This document shows, in pieces, positions 10,507-20,496 of a stretch of 36,441 nucleotides of DNA (its first letter is position 1; each line of letters starts with the position of its first letter). Source of the DNA: a virus (Duplodnaviria; Caudoviricetes); the IMG/VR virus record IMGVR_UViG_3300025018_000073, positions 1-36,441 of that record; one strand, 5' to 3'. The notes under the pieces are model-generated. The model was not told the DNA's origin, ran no database searches, and saw only the letters and a program-made list of their open reading frames with translations. The translations under genes and the position numbers were made by a program.

Positions 10507-10815
10507 TTATTCTCAATCATCTTGATCAATATTTTCTCAATCATCTTGAACATCTTTAAATTGTAAAAATATTTGTGTGTAAATTTCTTGATCTGGATTT
10601 TCTTTTTTCAATTCATCAATAAGATTTTTAAACTGAATATCAAAAACTGATCTGTAAAAATGTTTTTGTGTGATTTTTTTATCTTTTCTATTGTTAAATA
10701 GTAAAAGCATTTGTATTGCATCAATCTTGCCTGTAATACCAATTTTTACTGGTATTGTATCTATTTTTGTCATTACATCTCAAACAACATAATAATCTTT
10801 TATATCAATAATCAT
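10507..10815 (-). CDS. Hypothetical protein, 102 aa
   Basis: Extends track ORF 10537-10773 in both directions through TGA. Confidence 0.6.
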
Positions 10816-10854
10816 AAAATTTTTTTTAGAATTTAATAAATTACAAGCCCCATT

Positions 10855-11271
10855 TTAGAATGGGATATCTTCAATTGAAATCTCATCATTGAAACTTCCA
10901 TCATTTACATTATCTTTTGAAATTTTCTCAATCTCTGATCAATCTTTTTTTGCACCTCATAAAAACTCAATTTTTTCAACATGTACCTCTGTTTTATATC
11001 ATTTTGATCAATCATCCTTGTCCCATGATCTTGTTTTTGATTTTCACTCAATATAAATTTTTTGACCTTTTTTCACATAATTTTCAAGTAAATCTGCTAA
11101 TTTTCAAAATGCAACTATATTGTGAAAATCTGTGACCTGTTTTTTTTCTCATGATTGATCCTTGTAAAATTCATTTGTTGCAATACTTGTAATTGCAATT
11201 TTTGTGCCTTTTTCTGTTGTTTTTATTATCACATCCTGTGTGATATTTCAAATTAAAATTGATTTATTCAT
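10855..11271 (-). CDS. ssb: Single-stranded DNA-binding protein, 138 aa
   Basis: MNKSILIGNITQD..SIATNE..TDFHNIVAFGKLA..KKGQKIYIEGK.KTRSW; acidic tail EISIEDIPF. Confidence 0.95.
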
Positions 11272-11294
11272 TTTTAAAAAATTATTAAATTAAA

Positions 11295-11621
11295 TTAAAC
11301 TTTATTTATTCTATCTGATCAACACTTTGCACAAATACAATGTTTACTCTTTGCTCTGTATCAACTGTAAATCAATCATGGTATAATCATTAAACACCAC
11401 AAGATCAATTCTAAAAAAATAGATCCATTTGTGATTGTTTTTCATTTTCACTCATAATAACAATGAGTACAAAAAACCTTTTGAAATAATCATGGTTTTA
11501 CTTCCACTCATTTCCATTTATATTTTGTATATTGATAATCTCAACAATTTTTACATTTAATTGCTGTCATCAAAATTTTTTCTCAACATGATATACAAAT
11601 TTTTGTATTATTTCATTTCAT
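11295..11621 (-). CDS. Zinc-ribbon membrane protein, 108 aa
   Basis: CISC..CKNC double ribbon, then CTHC - hydrophobic hairpin GSIFLELILWCLMIIPGLIYS - CAKC. Confidence 0.7.
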
Positions 11622-11624
11622 AAA

Positions 11625-11930
11625 TTAAAAATTATTAAATAATTTTAAGAAAAACTTAAATACTCTATATTTAAACTTTTTAAATTCAAGATCTTTTGGA
11701 TTATATGGTTGTTTAATTTCAATATATTCTGCCTCATCTGATAAAAAATTTATCAATTTTTCACAATCTTTGCAATAATATTTATTTACAACTGTTTTTC
11801 ATGTTTTCTAAACATCATGCCTTGTAAAAATTTTCTTTGTTTTATCTGGCATAATATCACCACCACAAGTATGGCATAAATGTTTTTTGTTTATTTTTGT
11901 AAACACTGTCCCCAAAAATAGATCTCTCAT
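11625..11930 (-). pseudogene. Zinc-finger protein interrupted by an in-frame TAG at 11808-11810
   Basis: CHTC lies before and YYCKDC after the TAG in the same frame, which stays open to TAA 11625. Confidence 0.55.
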
Positions 11931-11952
11931 AATAAAAAAGTAAAAATATAAA

Positions 11953-12582
11953 TTAAATTTTGGTAATATTGTAAACTCAACCACAATTATTTTTATTTCA
12001 ATATCTTGCAATGTCTCATCTGATCTCCCATGTAGTTCATGGCTTATAAACTGGTGTTTTTTGTCTAAATCTCCAATTCATTTCATCCTCTACTTGGTAA
12101 ATTCAATCACATAATCATCATTTTAACTCAACTTTATCTCCAAAATTTATTCACATTTCCCATCTTTTTAAATTTACAAGTGCAATTGTTTTTATTCATT
12201 GCCTATACATCCAACAAATATCTTTGCCACTTGCTCAAATACAAGGTGTTGCATCATTTTGCCAAACATCTCAAAGATCATAATTTGTAAAATAATATTT
12301 ATGCTCTTTTTCCACTTTGGTATTTTCCGAAATGGAAACAATCACTTTTTTTTCAACTGTTTCCTTTTTGGAAATAATTGGATCTTTTTTTTCTGCATAA
12401 GCATCTGGCACAATTTCAATTTTTTTATCTTTTATTTTTTGTATTTCCTCTTTTATTGTATCTTGTATTTTTTCCAATTCTATTTGTTTTTCTTGTATAT
12501 TATTATTTTGCTTGACTTCATGTCATGAAATAATGATATAAATTGTTAAAAGCAAAATTATTGTAAAATAGTATTTTTTCAT
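11953..12582 (-). CDS. Membrane-anchored or secreted 3D-domain (lytic transglycosylase-like) protein, 209 aa
   Basis: N-terminal hydrophobic helix; TNY..QNDATPCIGASG..IA..FGDKV..IYQVEDEMN.R..DI matches the 3D-domain pattern. Confidence 0.75.
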
Positions 12583-12591
12583 AAAATTGGT

Positions 12592-12972
12592 TTAATTATT
12601 AAAATCATTTGCATCCTCAAACATCAACGATCTCAAACTTGAATTTTCTTGCTCAAGATTTTTTACTTGATCAATTTCTAAATCCAAACTTTTTTGCAAT
12701 TCATTGATTTTTGATCTAATACTTTTTTGATCCTCAAGACTTTTTCAAATAATTTTTAAATTTTCTGATTGTTTTTCAACAAGGATCTCAATTTTTGTTT
12801 TTTGGATAATATCTTGTTTTACTTTACCAATCATTTGATTTTCAATTATTTTATTTATGATCAAAACAAGTATAAATAATATAATAATTGATAAAAAAAT
12901 CTTTTTCTTATTTTCTTTAATAATGTTTTTTGTGTTTGATAATAAGATTATCATTTTGTTTTTATTTTGCAT
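12592..12972 (-). CDS. Single-TM coiled-coil protein, 126 aa
   Basis: IFLSIIILFILVLII followed by a heptad-rich region. Confidence 0.65.
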
Positions 12973-12993
12973 GTTATTTTTTTAATAATAAAA

Positions 12994-13191
12994 TTATAAT
13001 TCAAGTCAAAGATTTTCTTTGATCTTTTTTAAACTTTGTATACTTATTTTTTCCCTTTTTCTAAATTTAAACAAGCTTGTTTCTGTTAAGCCTACCTTTG
13101 TCATCAACCCTGCAATAGTTAAAAGATTTTTTCTTTGATAAGTTTTCAACTTATTATCCATTGCTTTTGTGTATTTTATACCTTTAATCAT
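12994..13191 (-). CDS. Cro/XRE-like small HTH protein, 65 aa
   Basis: LTIAGLMTKVGLTETSLFKFRKREKISIQSLKKI; first gene after the promoter at 13253. Confidence 0.65.
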
Positions 13192-13225
13192 ATAATCTTT
13201 TTAATATTAAAATATTTATATTTCT

Positions 13226-13260
13226 ATTATATGTTTTTTACTTATTATTTCAAGTTTTTT
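13226..13260 (-). promoter_or_regulatory. Early-type promoter AAAAAAC-TTGAAA-16bp-TATAAT
   Basis: -35 at 13253-13248, -10 at 13231-13226. Confidence 0.8.
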
Positions 13261-13264
13261 TATA

Positions 13265-13567
13265 CTATTTTTCATAATTTGTTCTAAAATTTCATATATA
13301 AAACTCTGTTTTAAAATGTTTTTCAATCACTGATCTGATTTCATTTCTCTTTTTATATCAAAGATCAACCCAATTTTTATCAATATTTACAATCCCTCAA
13401 ATATGTGTTTTTTGATTTATTTTTTTATCATATAAGTCAAAATAAACTTTGTTTTTTTGAGATATTGATTTTCTAAAAAATAAAAATCTTTTTTCTAAAA
13501 TTAAATCAATCATTTTTGTATGTTTCAAATATGTGAAACCTTGTGCAATTACTATATATTTATACAT
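13265..13567 (-). CDS. Hypothetical protein, 100 aa
   Basis: Open frame under code 25. Confidence 0.5.
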
Positions 13568-13583
13568 AAATATTAAAATTAAA

Positions 13584-14006
13584 TTATAAATTTTCAAAAT
13601 ATTCTATTTGTTCAATTGCATGTTTATGTCAATATCAAATACAAGCCATTGTATTGTCAATTTTAGATAAAACATCAATCCATTTTATTTGATCATCACT
13701 TATTTTGGATGGTGATGCTCAAAGTTTTCAATTTTTTAAAACTTTCTTTGGCAATTTCATCTCTAAAAATAATAATGATCATCTCTTTAATACTATAAAT
13801 ACATCACACAATCATGCATTTACTCAAGTCATTGTATTTACTGTTTTTTGTTTTACACTTGTTGTATATGTTGAGTTTGGTATTGCTGTGTATTTATATT
13901 TATTTTTTTCTAAATATAACACTAATTTTGCTTGCTCAAGTGCCTCTGGTTTTAACCAATTGAAATATTTATCAAATAATTGTAATAAATATATGTATTT
14001 ATTCAT
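13584..14006 (-). CDS. VRR-NUC domain nuclease (Holliday-junction resolvase-like), 140 aa
   Basis: EALEQ..AIPNS..GVNAGLCDVFI..LFLEMK..SDDQIKWI. Confidence 0.85.
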
Positions 14007-14157
14007 GAAATTATTTTTAAAATATAAATTCTATTGATCAATCATCTTTAATAATATATAATTTTTCAAGTTTTACATCTATAAAAACAATCTGATCTGG
14101 AAACTCTTTTTTTAAGATCATCCCTTTGTTTTTCTAGGATCATAAATTTTTCTGTAC

Positions 14158-14823
14158 TTATTGTCATGATCAATCATTTATAATATAATTTACATATCAT
14201 GGCATGCTCTTTGTTTTGTAATCAATCCATCCATCAACTTCTGGCAATTGATTAACTTTTATCCTTGTTTTACTCAAAGTTCTTTGTTTTGTTGTTGATT
14301 TTATAACATAATATTGTGCAACATCCCAATCTCAATTTAGAAAATCAAATATCCTTTTTTGTGGTACTCAATATATACCATGTTTGATCTTATTTCACCC
14401 CAAATCTGTTTCCCTATATAACAACCCAAAATTGGCAATCCTGTTTAAATTTCAATATTCTGTATGTGTCAAATTTAAATCTGTGATCTTTATTATATTT
14501 TTATGCTCTCAAGTATTTTTTTTCCAATCAACAACATAATCAAGAATTTTTTGTAATGGTGGTATAAATGATCTTGAAAAAGATATTTTTTGATATTTAA
14601 TCATTGATCAACAAATATCACAATTTTCAAAATAATTTTTATCAACATCAAGTATAAGTCAATCATAATCCATGTGGATGTGTGATTTTTCTTTTTCAAT
14701 TTTTGCTTTCTCATCAATCCACTCTTGGATGTGATCTATTGTATCTCCTTGCAAATATGCCTCATTGTATTGATCAACAATTTCTCTGGCAATCTCAAAT
14801 TTATTTTTTAGCATCTGTTTCAT
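14158..14823 (-). CDS. Hypothetical protein with a CxxC, possibly DNA-binding, 221 aa
   Basis: Long open frame under code 25; CDICG; YGNLNRIANFGLL. Confidence 0.65.
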
Positions 14824-15061
14824 ATTTAGGAAATAAAAATGTTTCAATATATTCTTTTGTCATATCCTCCCATGTTGAAAGGATTTTATTTGTATTTATT
14901 ATATCTGCTCTATACAAAGCAATTCAAAGTGATTGTGTAAAAGATCAACCAAATTTTTCAAATACTTCTGCAATATCTTCTTTTGCAAATCTGTATCTTT
15001 TATCATCTGTTTCAACAATCACTCAAATATGTGTGATTATATAGTTTTTTATTTTTGACAT
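14801..15061 (-). CDS. Hypothetical phage protein, 86 aa
   Basis: FGGSFTQSLGIALYRADIIN..W motif. Confidence 0.65.
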
Positions 15062-15297
15062 GATATTTTTTTTAATAAATTAAATATTCCTCTCCCTCTT
15101 TTTTTTGTAACTCTATTTATAAATAATCATGTTGTAATCCAAAAATCAAAATTTCAAATCATAAAATATCAATTGGCTTTCTCAATGTATTCAATTTTAT
15201 TTTCATCCAATAAAGCTTTTGATCTTAAATAATTTTGCTCTTTTTTCTTTTTGGATGCCTCATTTATTTCTCTCCATATCTCTCACTCTGATCACAT
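15049..15297 (-). CDS. Hypothetical phage protein, 82 aa
   Basis: DFWITTGLFINR..RGRGIFNLLK. Confidence 0.6.
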
Positions 15298-15316
15298 AGT
15301 TTATAAAATTATTAAA

Positions 15317-16284
15317 CTAAAATGCAATATCTGATATATCATCCTTTATATATTGGAAAAAATGTTCAATTACTGAAATTGTCCATCAATTTCAACACAT
15401 TTTAATAATTTGGTTATCACTAACATCAAATTTATACCAATCTGGCACTGCTTGTAATTTCATATATTCTCATGATGTAAGTTTTCTTATTTTTAAATCC
15501 TCCATAATTACTCACATATTTAATGATGTTGTAAGAGTTCAAGATTTTCATTTTTTCACTCTCCCTCTTTTTGTTTTACTTTCTGGGAAATCTAAAATCA
15601 CACTATCTCACCACCCCCCTCAATCCATCATTGTTTTGTTGCATTTCTAATATGTAATACATTTTTTTCTTGATCGACTTTAAAAACAAGTTTATTATAT
15701 AAAACATCATCAATATAATATTTTGATCCTGGATCTTTAATTAAAATATCTTTTAATAATATATTTTTATTTTTTGGTTGATTTACTTTTATTTGTTTAT
15801 ATGTTCAATCATTTTGTAATTTTCAAAACCAATACAATCTATCTCTATTTTATGCTGTCAAAAGTCATGAATTTATTTTTATTGGTTGTATTCACAAATA
15901 ATCTGATATTACATTTTGCCACTCTTTTTTCATTACAACATTTTCAAGAAAAAAATATTTTGGTTTTGTTTCTTTTAATAATCTTACATATTCAAAAAAT
16001 AAAGCACTTCTTGGATCATTAAAATTTAATCATTTTCATGATCTTGAAAATCATTGACATGGTGATCATCAAATAAGTATATCAAAATCACAAAATCAAT
16101 TACTATAATCTAATCATTTTATATCTCAAAGATGTATCATTTCTGGAAAATTTGTTTTTGCAACATATATTGCATGTTTATCAATTTCACTTGCAAAATA
16201 TTCATCAACCTTTAATTGAATATTTTTAAGTGCTATTTGGCCACAACTCATACCATCAAATAATGATAAAACTTTTAATCACAT
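15317..16284 (-). pseudogene. C5 DNA cytosine methyltransferase with a nonsense codon and a frameshift
   Basis: VLSLFDGMSCG, ASEID, IGGSPCQGFS, LENV, C-terminal GNGWT; in-frame TAA at 15850-15852 in TA*NRDRLYW; frame change at a G6 tract (15614-15619). Confidence 0.85.
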
Positions 16285-16299
16285 AATTATTTTTTATTA

Positions 16300-16527
16300 C
16301 TAACATAAATTATCAAATATTTCTTGGATTGTTTCATCTGTTACCTCATCTCTGTATCTCCATCCAAAATATTCCTCACACTCATCACAAAATCTTTTAA
16401 AAGTGATATATTTATTTTTATTCAACTCTATTTGTGAATATTTATCACCTCATTTTTGTGTTTTTAATCTATTTAATTGATATTTTAATCTTTTAAATCT
16501 CAAGATTAAATCATCTCAATACAACAT
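16300..16527 (-). CDS. Hypothetical protein, 75 aa
   Basis: Open frame under code 25. Confidence 0.5.
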
Positions 16528-16662
16528 TTACATCCCTTTACATCACATAATATTATTTATATTATATATTATTTGTTACAATATCAAATTTATCTAAATT
16601 TTTTCTGTAATTGGTTTTTTAAATAATAACTTTTTAAACTTTTTTTTACTCACTTTTTATTT

Positions 16663-16845
16663 TTAATAATATAAAGTAATTTCAATTTTAAAACATATCC
16701 AACCAAAATCTATACTAAAAGTATTATTTGATCATTTATATAAATTTATAAATGGTAATACATAAATTGGAAACCACCAATCACATATATATCTAAAATT
16801 TATTTTTACACTTTTATTTTTTACAATTTTTACATCATTGCTCAT
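16663..16845 (-). CDS. Hypothetical protein, 60 aa
   Basis: Aromatic-rich, YVLPFI..IDFGW. Confidence 0.45.
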
Positions 16846-16849
16846 GTTT

Positions 16850-17092
16850 TTATCTTAAAATATAAAATAAGTCTCTCAATACACTTTCAACCTTTGTTAA
16901 ATAGTCTAAAATTTCACTACTATTTGCACAATTATATTTTTTTAAAACTTCTTTTTCTTTTTTATATCATGCAAGCAACTCTGTTGCTGTATTTTTTTTC
17001 TTATAAGTTAAAAAAGTTTTATAGATCTCAATTTTTTCATTTTCAAGATCATTTTTAATATTTATAATTTTATCTTTTAAAAGTTTTTCCAT
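16850..17092 (-). CDS. Hypothetical protein, 80 aa
   Basis: Open frame, tight packing. Confidence 0.5.
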
Positions 17093-17101
17093 CTGAAAAT
17101 A

Positions 17102-17224
17102 TTATATATTACAACTTATTCAATAATTGCACTCAATTTGTTTTGTTTGATAATCTAAATATCAAACTGCAAAGATCAATAATATTAAAGTGATCCAAAT
17201 AATTATATTGTTTAAAGTTCTCAT
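17102..17224 (-). CDS. Small single-TM protein, 40 aa
   Basis: MRTLNNIIIWITLILLIFAVGYLDY. Confidence 0.45.
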
Positions 17225-17352
17225 AATTGCAAATTTAATACTAAACAATTTAATCATGAAACAATTAAATCTGGACATCTATATCTTGTTGGATTTTCAA
17301 CAACTTGATCAATTTTTTTCAAAATTTTATCTATTCTTTTTTTATTACTCAT
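17212..17352 (-). CDS. Small protein, first gene of an early operon, 46 aa
   Basis: ATG in ACAATACCATG context just downstream of the promoter at 17434. Confidence 0.5.
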
Positions 17353-17406
17353 GGTATTGTGTAATTATTAAAGTAAAATATTGACTTGTTTTACAAGTAC
17401 AAAATA

Positions 17407-17442
17407 ATTATATCATATTTTATTTATATTTCAAGTTTTTTT
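17407..17442 (-). promoter_or_regulatory. Early-type promoter AAAAAC-TTGAAA-16bp-TATAAT (leftward half of a divergent pair)
   Basis: -35 at 17434-17429, -10 at 17412-17407. Confidence 0.8.
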
Positions 17443-17496
17443 ACACTTTTTTTCTTGTTTTGTTTCATTTTCTTTTAAAAATATGATAATAAAGGC

Positions 17497-17533
17497 AAAA
17501 AAAACTTGATTTATTTTATTTAATTTATATAAT
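17497..17533 (+). promoter_or_regulatory. Plus-strand promoter AAAAAAAAC-TTGATT-16bp-TATAAT
   Basis: -35 at 17506-17511, -10 at 17528-17533; same architecture as the minus-strand early promoters; no protein gene downstream. Confidence 0.75.
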
Positions 17534-17539
17534 TATTTC

Positions 17540-17611
17540 GCATGGTATTGTATAATAAATCATTATACAATTTTAAAAAAGAGGTGTGGTTTATCCAACA
17601 CCCCTTTTTTT
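17540..17611 (+). ncRNA. Putative trans-acting antisense small RNA, ~72 nt
   Basis: Bounded by a promoter and a hairpin+U7; 5' CAUGGUAUUGUAUAAUAAAU is complementary to several early start-codon regions; internal hairpin 17547-17571. Confidence 0.6.
17575..17611. terminator. Bidirectional intrinsic terminator
   Basis: A6-gaggtgtgg-tttat-ccaacacccc-T7; ends the minus-strand replication operon and could end the plus-strand RNA. Confidence 0.75.
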
Positions 17612-17749
17612 ATTGTTTATTTTTTTTATATATCAAATTGAATAAATATACTCCAATTGTTTTTCTGTGAAAGGATGATCAATATAATATAAATCATCAT
17701 CTGAAAACCCCTCATCACTTTTTATTTGCTTTTGCATGGCTTTAAAGTG

Positions 17750-18259
17750 TTATTTAATTTTTAATTTTAAATATTGATTTAATTTTTCAATTGTTGTCTC
17801 AAGTCAAAAATCTTTCTCTCTTTTTTCCAACTCTTTCAAAACACCATCTCTATATATTAAAAAGTTTTTTTTCCTGCCATCAAGTGTTTGATCCATTGCT
17901 TTTTTTATTTTTTCTGCAATTTTTTCTCTCCTTTTTTCATCATCATGCAATAATTTATAATAAAGATCATTATTTGTTTTTTTAAGATCCTCTTTTTCTG
18001 TGTGTGACATTTCACAAAATCTCTTGTCTTTTTTTGGTTGCTCAAGTGATAAATATCTTGTTTTTCATATTTTATCCTCTATTGCTGAAAATTTTATAAA
18101 TCTCCTATATTTTTCACTATTAAATCAATCCTCTCATTTCATTTTTAATTGACTTTCTATTATTAAAAAATCCTCATATTTTAAATCAATTTCAAAAATT
18201 TCTCATTTCCATGTTTTTAAAATTGTAATCTCACTTTTTAAATTGTTGTTATTCATCAT
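17750..18259 (-). CDS. Hypothetical protein coupled to the replication initiator, 169 aa
   Basis: Start overlaps the initiator 3' end; extends track ORF 17804-18010. Confidence 0.65.
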
Positions 18260-18969
18260 GATTTATTATTATTAAAATAATTTGATCATCATTTTTTGCT
18301 CCATTTTTTTTCATTTGAAATAAAAGTCCCAAATCTTCTTGTAACTTCAAATGTTGTCTCAAGATCATATTTAATTTTTGTCATTGATTTATTTGGCTCT
18401 GTCCAATATTTTACAAAAGTTTTTCATAATACATCAATATCTTGATCTGATAATCAATGTTCTTTTTTTATATAATCTCTATTTATATTTTTTGTAAGTT
18501 TTATAAATTCATTTGTTTTTTCAATTATAATTTCTGATCAAGTTTCTTGATCTGTTTGGTTATGTAAAGTTAAGTAAGGTATAGTTAAGTTAAGTAAAGT
18601 AAAGTAAGGTAGGCTTTCAAACCCTTTCAAAGCCTTTATTATTGGCTCTGGTATACTGTTAATAATTCTTTGCATCCCTTTTATTACATTTGGATTATTT
18701 GCTTGATTTTTTGCAAAGTTTTTTAATATAATCCAATCTTTTTCTTTTAAAATTTTTCAATCTTTTTCAAATCTTGTCAAAATCTTATTAACCATGTCTT
18801 TGTCAAATCATGTCTCATAAGCAATCCTTTTTATTTTTATTTCATAAGCACCTGCAATATTACAAAGTGGATTTGATAATAAATATAAAAATATAAGTTT
18901 CTCACTTGGATCAAGATCCTCAATATATGGATCTGTCCAAAAACTGTCATTTATTATTCTTTGTGTCAT
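18238..18969 (-). CDS. Phage replication initiator / replisome organizer, 243 aa
   Basis: RIINDSFWTDPYIEDLDPSEKLIFLYLLSNPLCNIAGAY..IAYETG; internal pentamer repeats; C-terminal FVKYWTEPN..TFEVTRR. Confidence 0.85.
18563..18636. repeat. Degenerate GTAAA/GTTAA pentamer repeats plus two CTTTCAAA within the initiator gene; candidate origin
   Basis: gtaaagttaagtaaggtatagttaagttaagtaaagtaaagtaaggtaggctttcaaaccctttcaaagcct; lambdoid-type origins lie inside the initiator gene. Confidence 0.6.
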
Positions 18970-18995
18970 GGTATTGTACAATAAATAATTAAAAT

Positions 18996-19124
18996 AAAAA
19001 AAACCAAACTAATGTTGTGAGTATAGTTTGGTTTTACACCTGTCAAATTTTTACTTTGGCAAGTTACATATTGAGTTTTGATCACAACTTCAAAACTCAA
19101 CATGCAACCTCCGAAAAGGTGCAT
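18996..19124 (-). ncRNA. Structured leader/attenuator RNA upstream of the replication initiator (four hairpins, last is terminator-like)
   Basis: Stems at 19102-19124 (UUCG loop), 19071-19100, 19041-19061 and 19000-19035 followed by a U tract. Confidence 0.7.
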
Positions 19125-19129
19125 ATATA

Positions 19130-19163
19130 AGTATATATAATATATAAATAAATCAAGTTTTTT
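19130..19163 (-). promoter_or_regulatory. Early-type promoter AAAAAAC-TTGATT-15bp-TATACT
   Basis: -35 at 19156-19151, -10 at 19135-19130; predicted start coincides with the base of the first hairpin. Confidence 0.6.
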
Positions 19164-20466
19164 ATAAATCAACAACATCATCCTCTGTATATTCTGCTGT
19201 TTCTTTTGGTTTAAACTGTGCAATCCACTCTTGATATACTGTGATACCTCAATCAAATGATTGATCAAATATATTTGGCATAAAATCATCTTTTTCAACC
19301 AATAATTGATATAATCTTTTTATTGTTTGTTTGTAAAATATCAACCACATATCAAGTAAATATGATTGATCATCAAAATCAATAATATACTCATATACAA
19401 CTGGTTTCAATTCAATTACTCATTTTTCCAAAAGTGCATCTTGCATCATTGCATTTGTCATGTATTTTCAACCATTTCATTTTGCCCAATCAATATCATT
19501 TTTATCACACTCTGATCTCAACTCTGGTTGATACATTGTTGGTGGTTTTGGATCTGATGGTTGTATCTCAATAATCAATGCCTTTTTTGGCCTCTTTTCA
19601 AAGGCTGTAAAGCATCAAAAGAAATATGTTGATCATTGCATGTCATACTCTGGTTTTATTGTCTCATCTGATGATAATAAGCCCTTAAATTTCCAATCCA
19701 CAATGATCAAATCTAAATCTTCATCCTCAAATACTGCATCAACAATAAATTTTACTGGTAAATCAAGCACAACTCAATCAAGATCAAAAATATCCAAAGT
19801 TTGGTTGTATTCTGCTGATATAAGTTTCCAATTTTTAACTTTTGGATAAACAAATGCAAACCAATTTTTTAATCACATTTCAATCCCCTCTAATATTTTT
19901 TCAATTGATCATGTTGTACCATATTTTATAAAATCATCAAGTTTCTCATCTTTTTTCTTATGTTTTGAAATTGCTTTTTTTATTTTTTCTCATATTTCCT
20001 CAATTTCCTTGTCTTTTATTTGCATTTCTGTAAATACATTTAGTTTATCTTTTTCATCTTGTACTTTTTTATAATCATTTACGAGTTTAAAAATGTCATC
20101 ATATCATCAAAATGCAATCATTGTTTTTGAGTTCCAAAAATCATCTGGTTTTTTATTTTTTGTAATATAATCATCTTTTGCATATTGTTGAGCATTTTTG
20201 ATCACTGCACTCATTGTTGTTTCTGGATCTTTTGCATATAGTTTCCTCATTTGCTCATCCTGTAAAAAATGTTCAACTCAAAAATGACATGATTTTCAAA
20301 TTATTGTTGCAACATAAACTCAATTATCAAACTCATAATTGATATAATGCTTTAAAAATAATGCCTCATTATTCCTCAACTCTTTCATTGAGGAAAATGA
20401 TAAATATTGTATTCATGCACCCATTAAACTGTCTCTGGTATTATTTGCCAATATATTATTTATCAT
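19162..20466 (-). CDS. PD-(D/E)XK nuclease (recombination exonuclease partner of Bet), 434 aa
   Basis: YLSFSS..IGKSCH..LPVKFIVDAV..IIVDWKFK..QGSTY; adjacent to RecT/Bet. Confidence 0.8.
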
Positions 20467-20496
20467 GGTACTGTATTTAAAAATTAAAATATTATT

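Noticed and set aside
14017-14143. Tiny ORFs at 14017-14121 (and similarly 17591-17737)
   Set aside because: Under 50 aa, with competing frames or overlap with a terminator and no supporting motif
7489-16284. TGA as Trp (code 4), selenocysteine, or mass pseudogenisation
   Set aside because: TGA sits at invariant Gly positions of the P-loop, MTase and SSB motifs, and frames are otherwise intact
17520-17543. CATGGTATTG at 17541 as the start of a minus-strand gene
   Set aside because: Gives only MRNNYIN* and lies downstream of a terminator with no promoter on that strand
19000-19124. tRNA (for example a UCA suppressor) in the structured leader
   Set aside because: Hairpins are serial rather than a cloverleaf, with no acceptor stem or TTCRA T-loop
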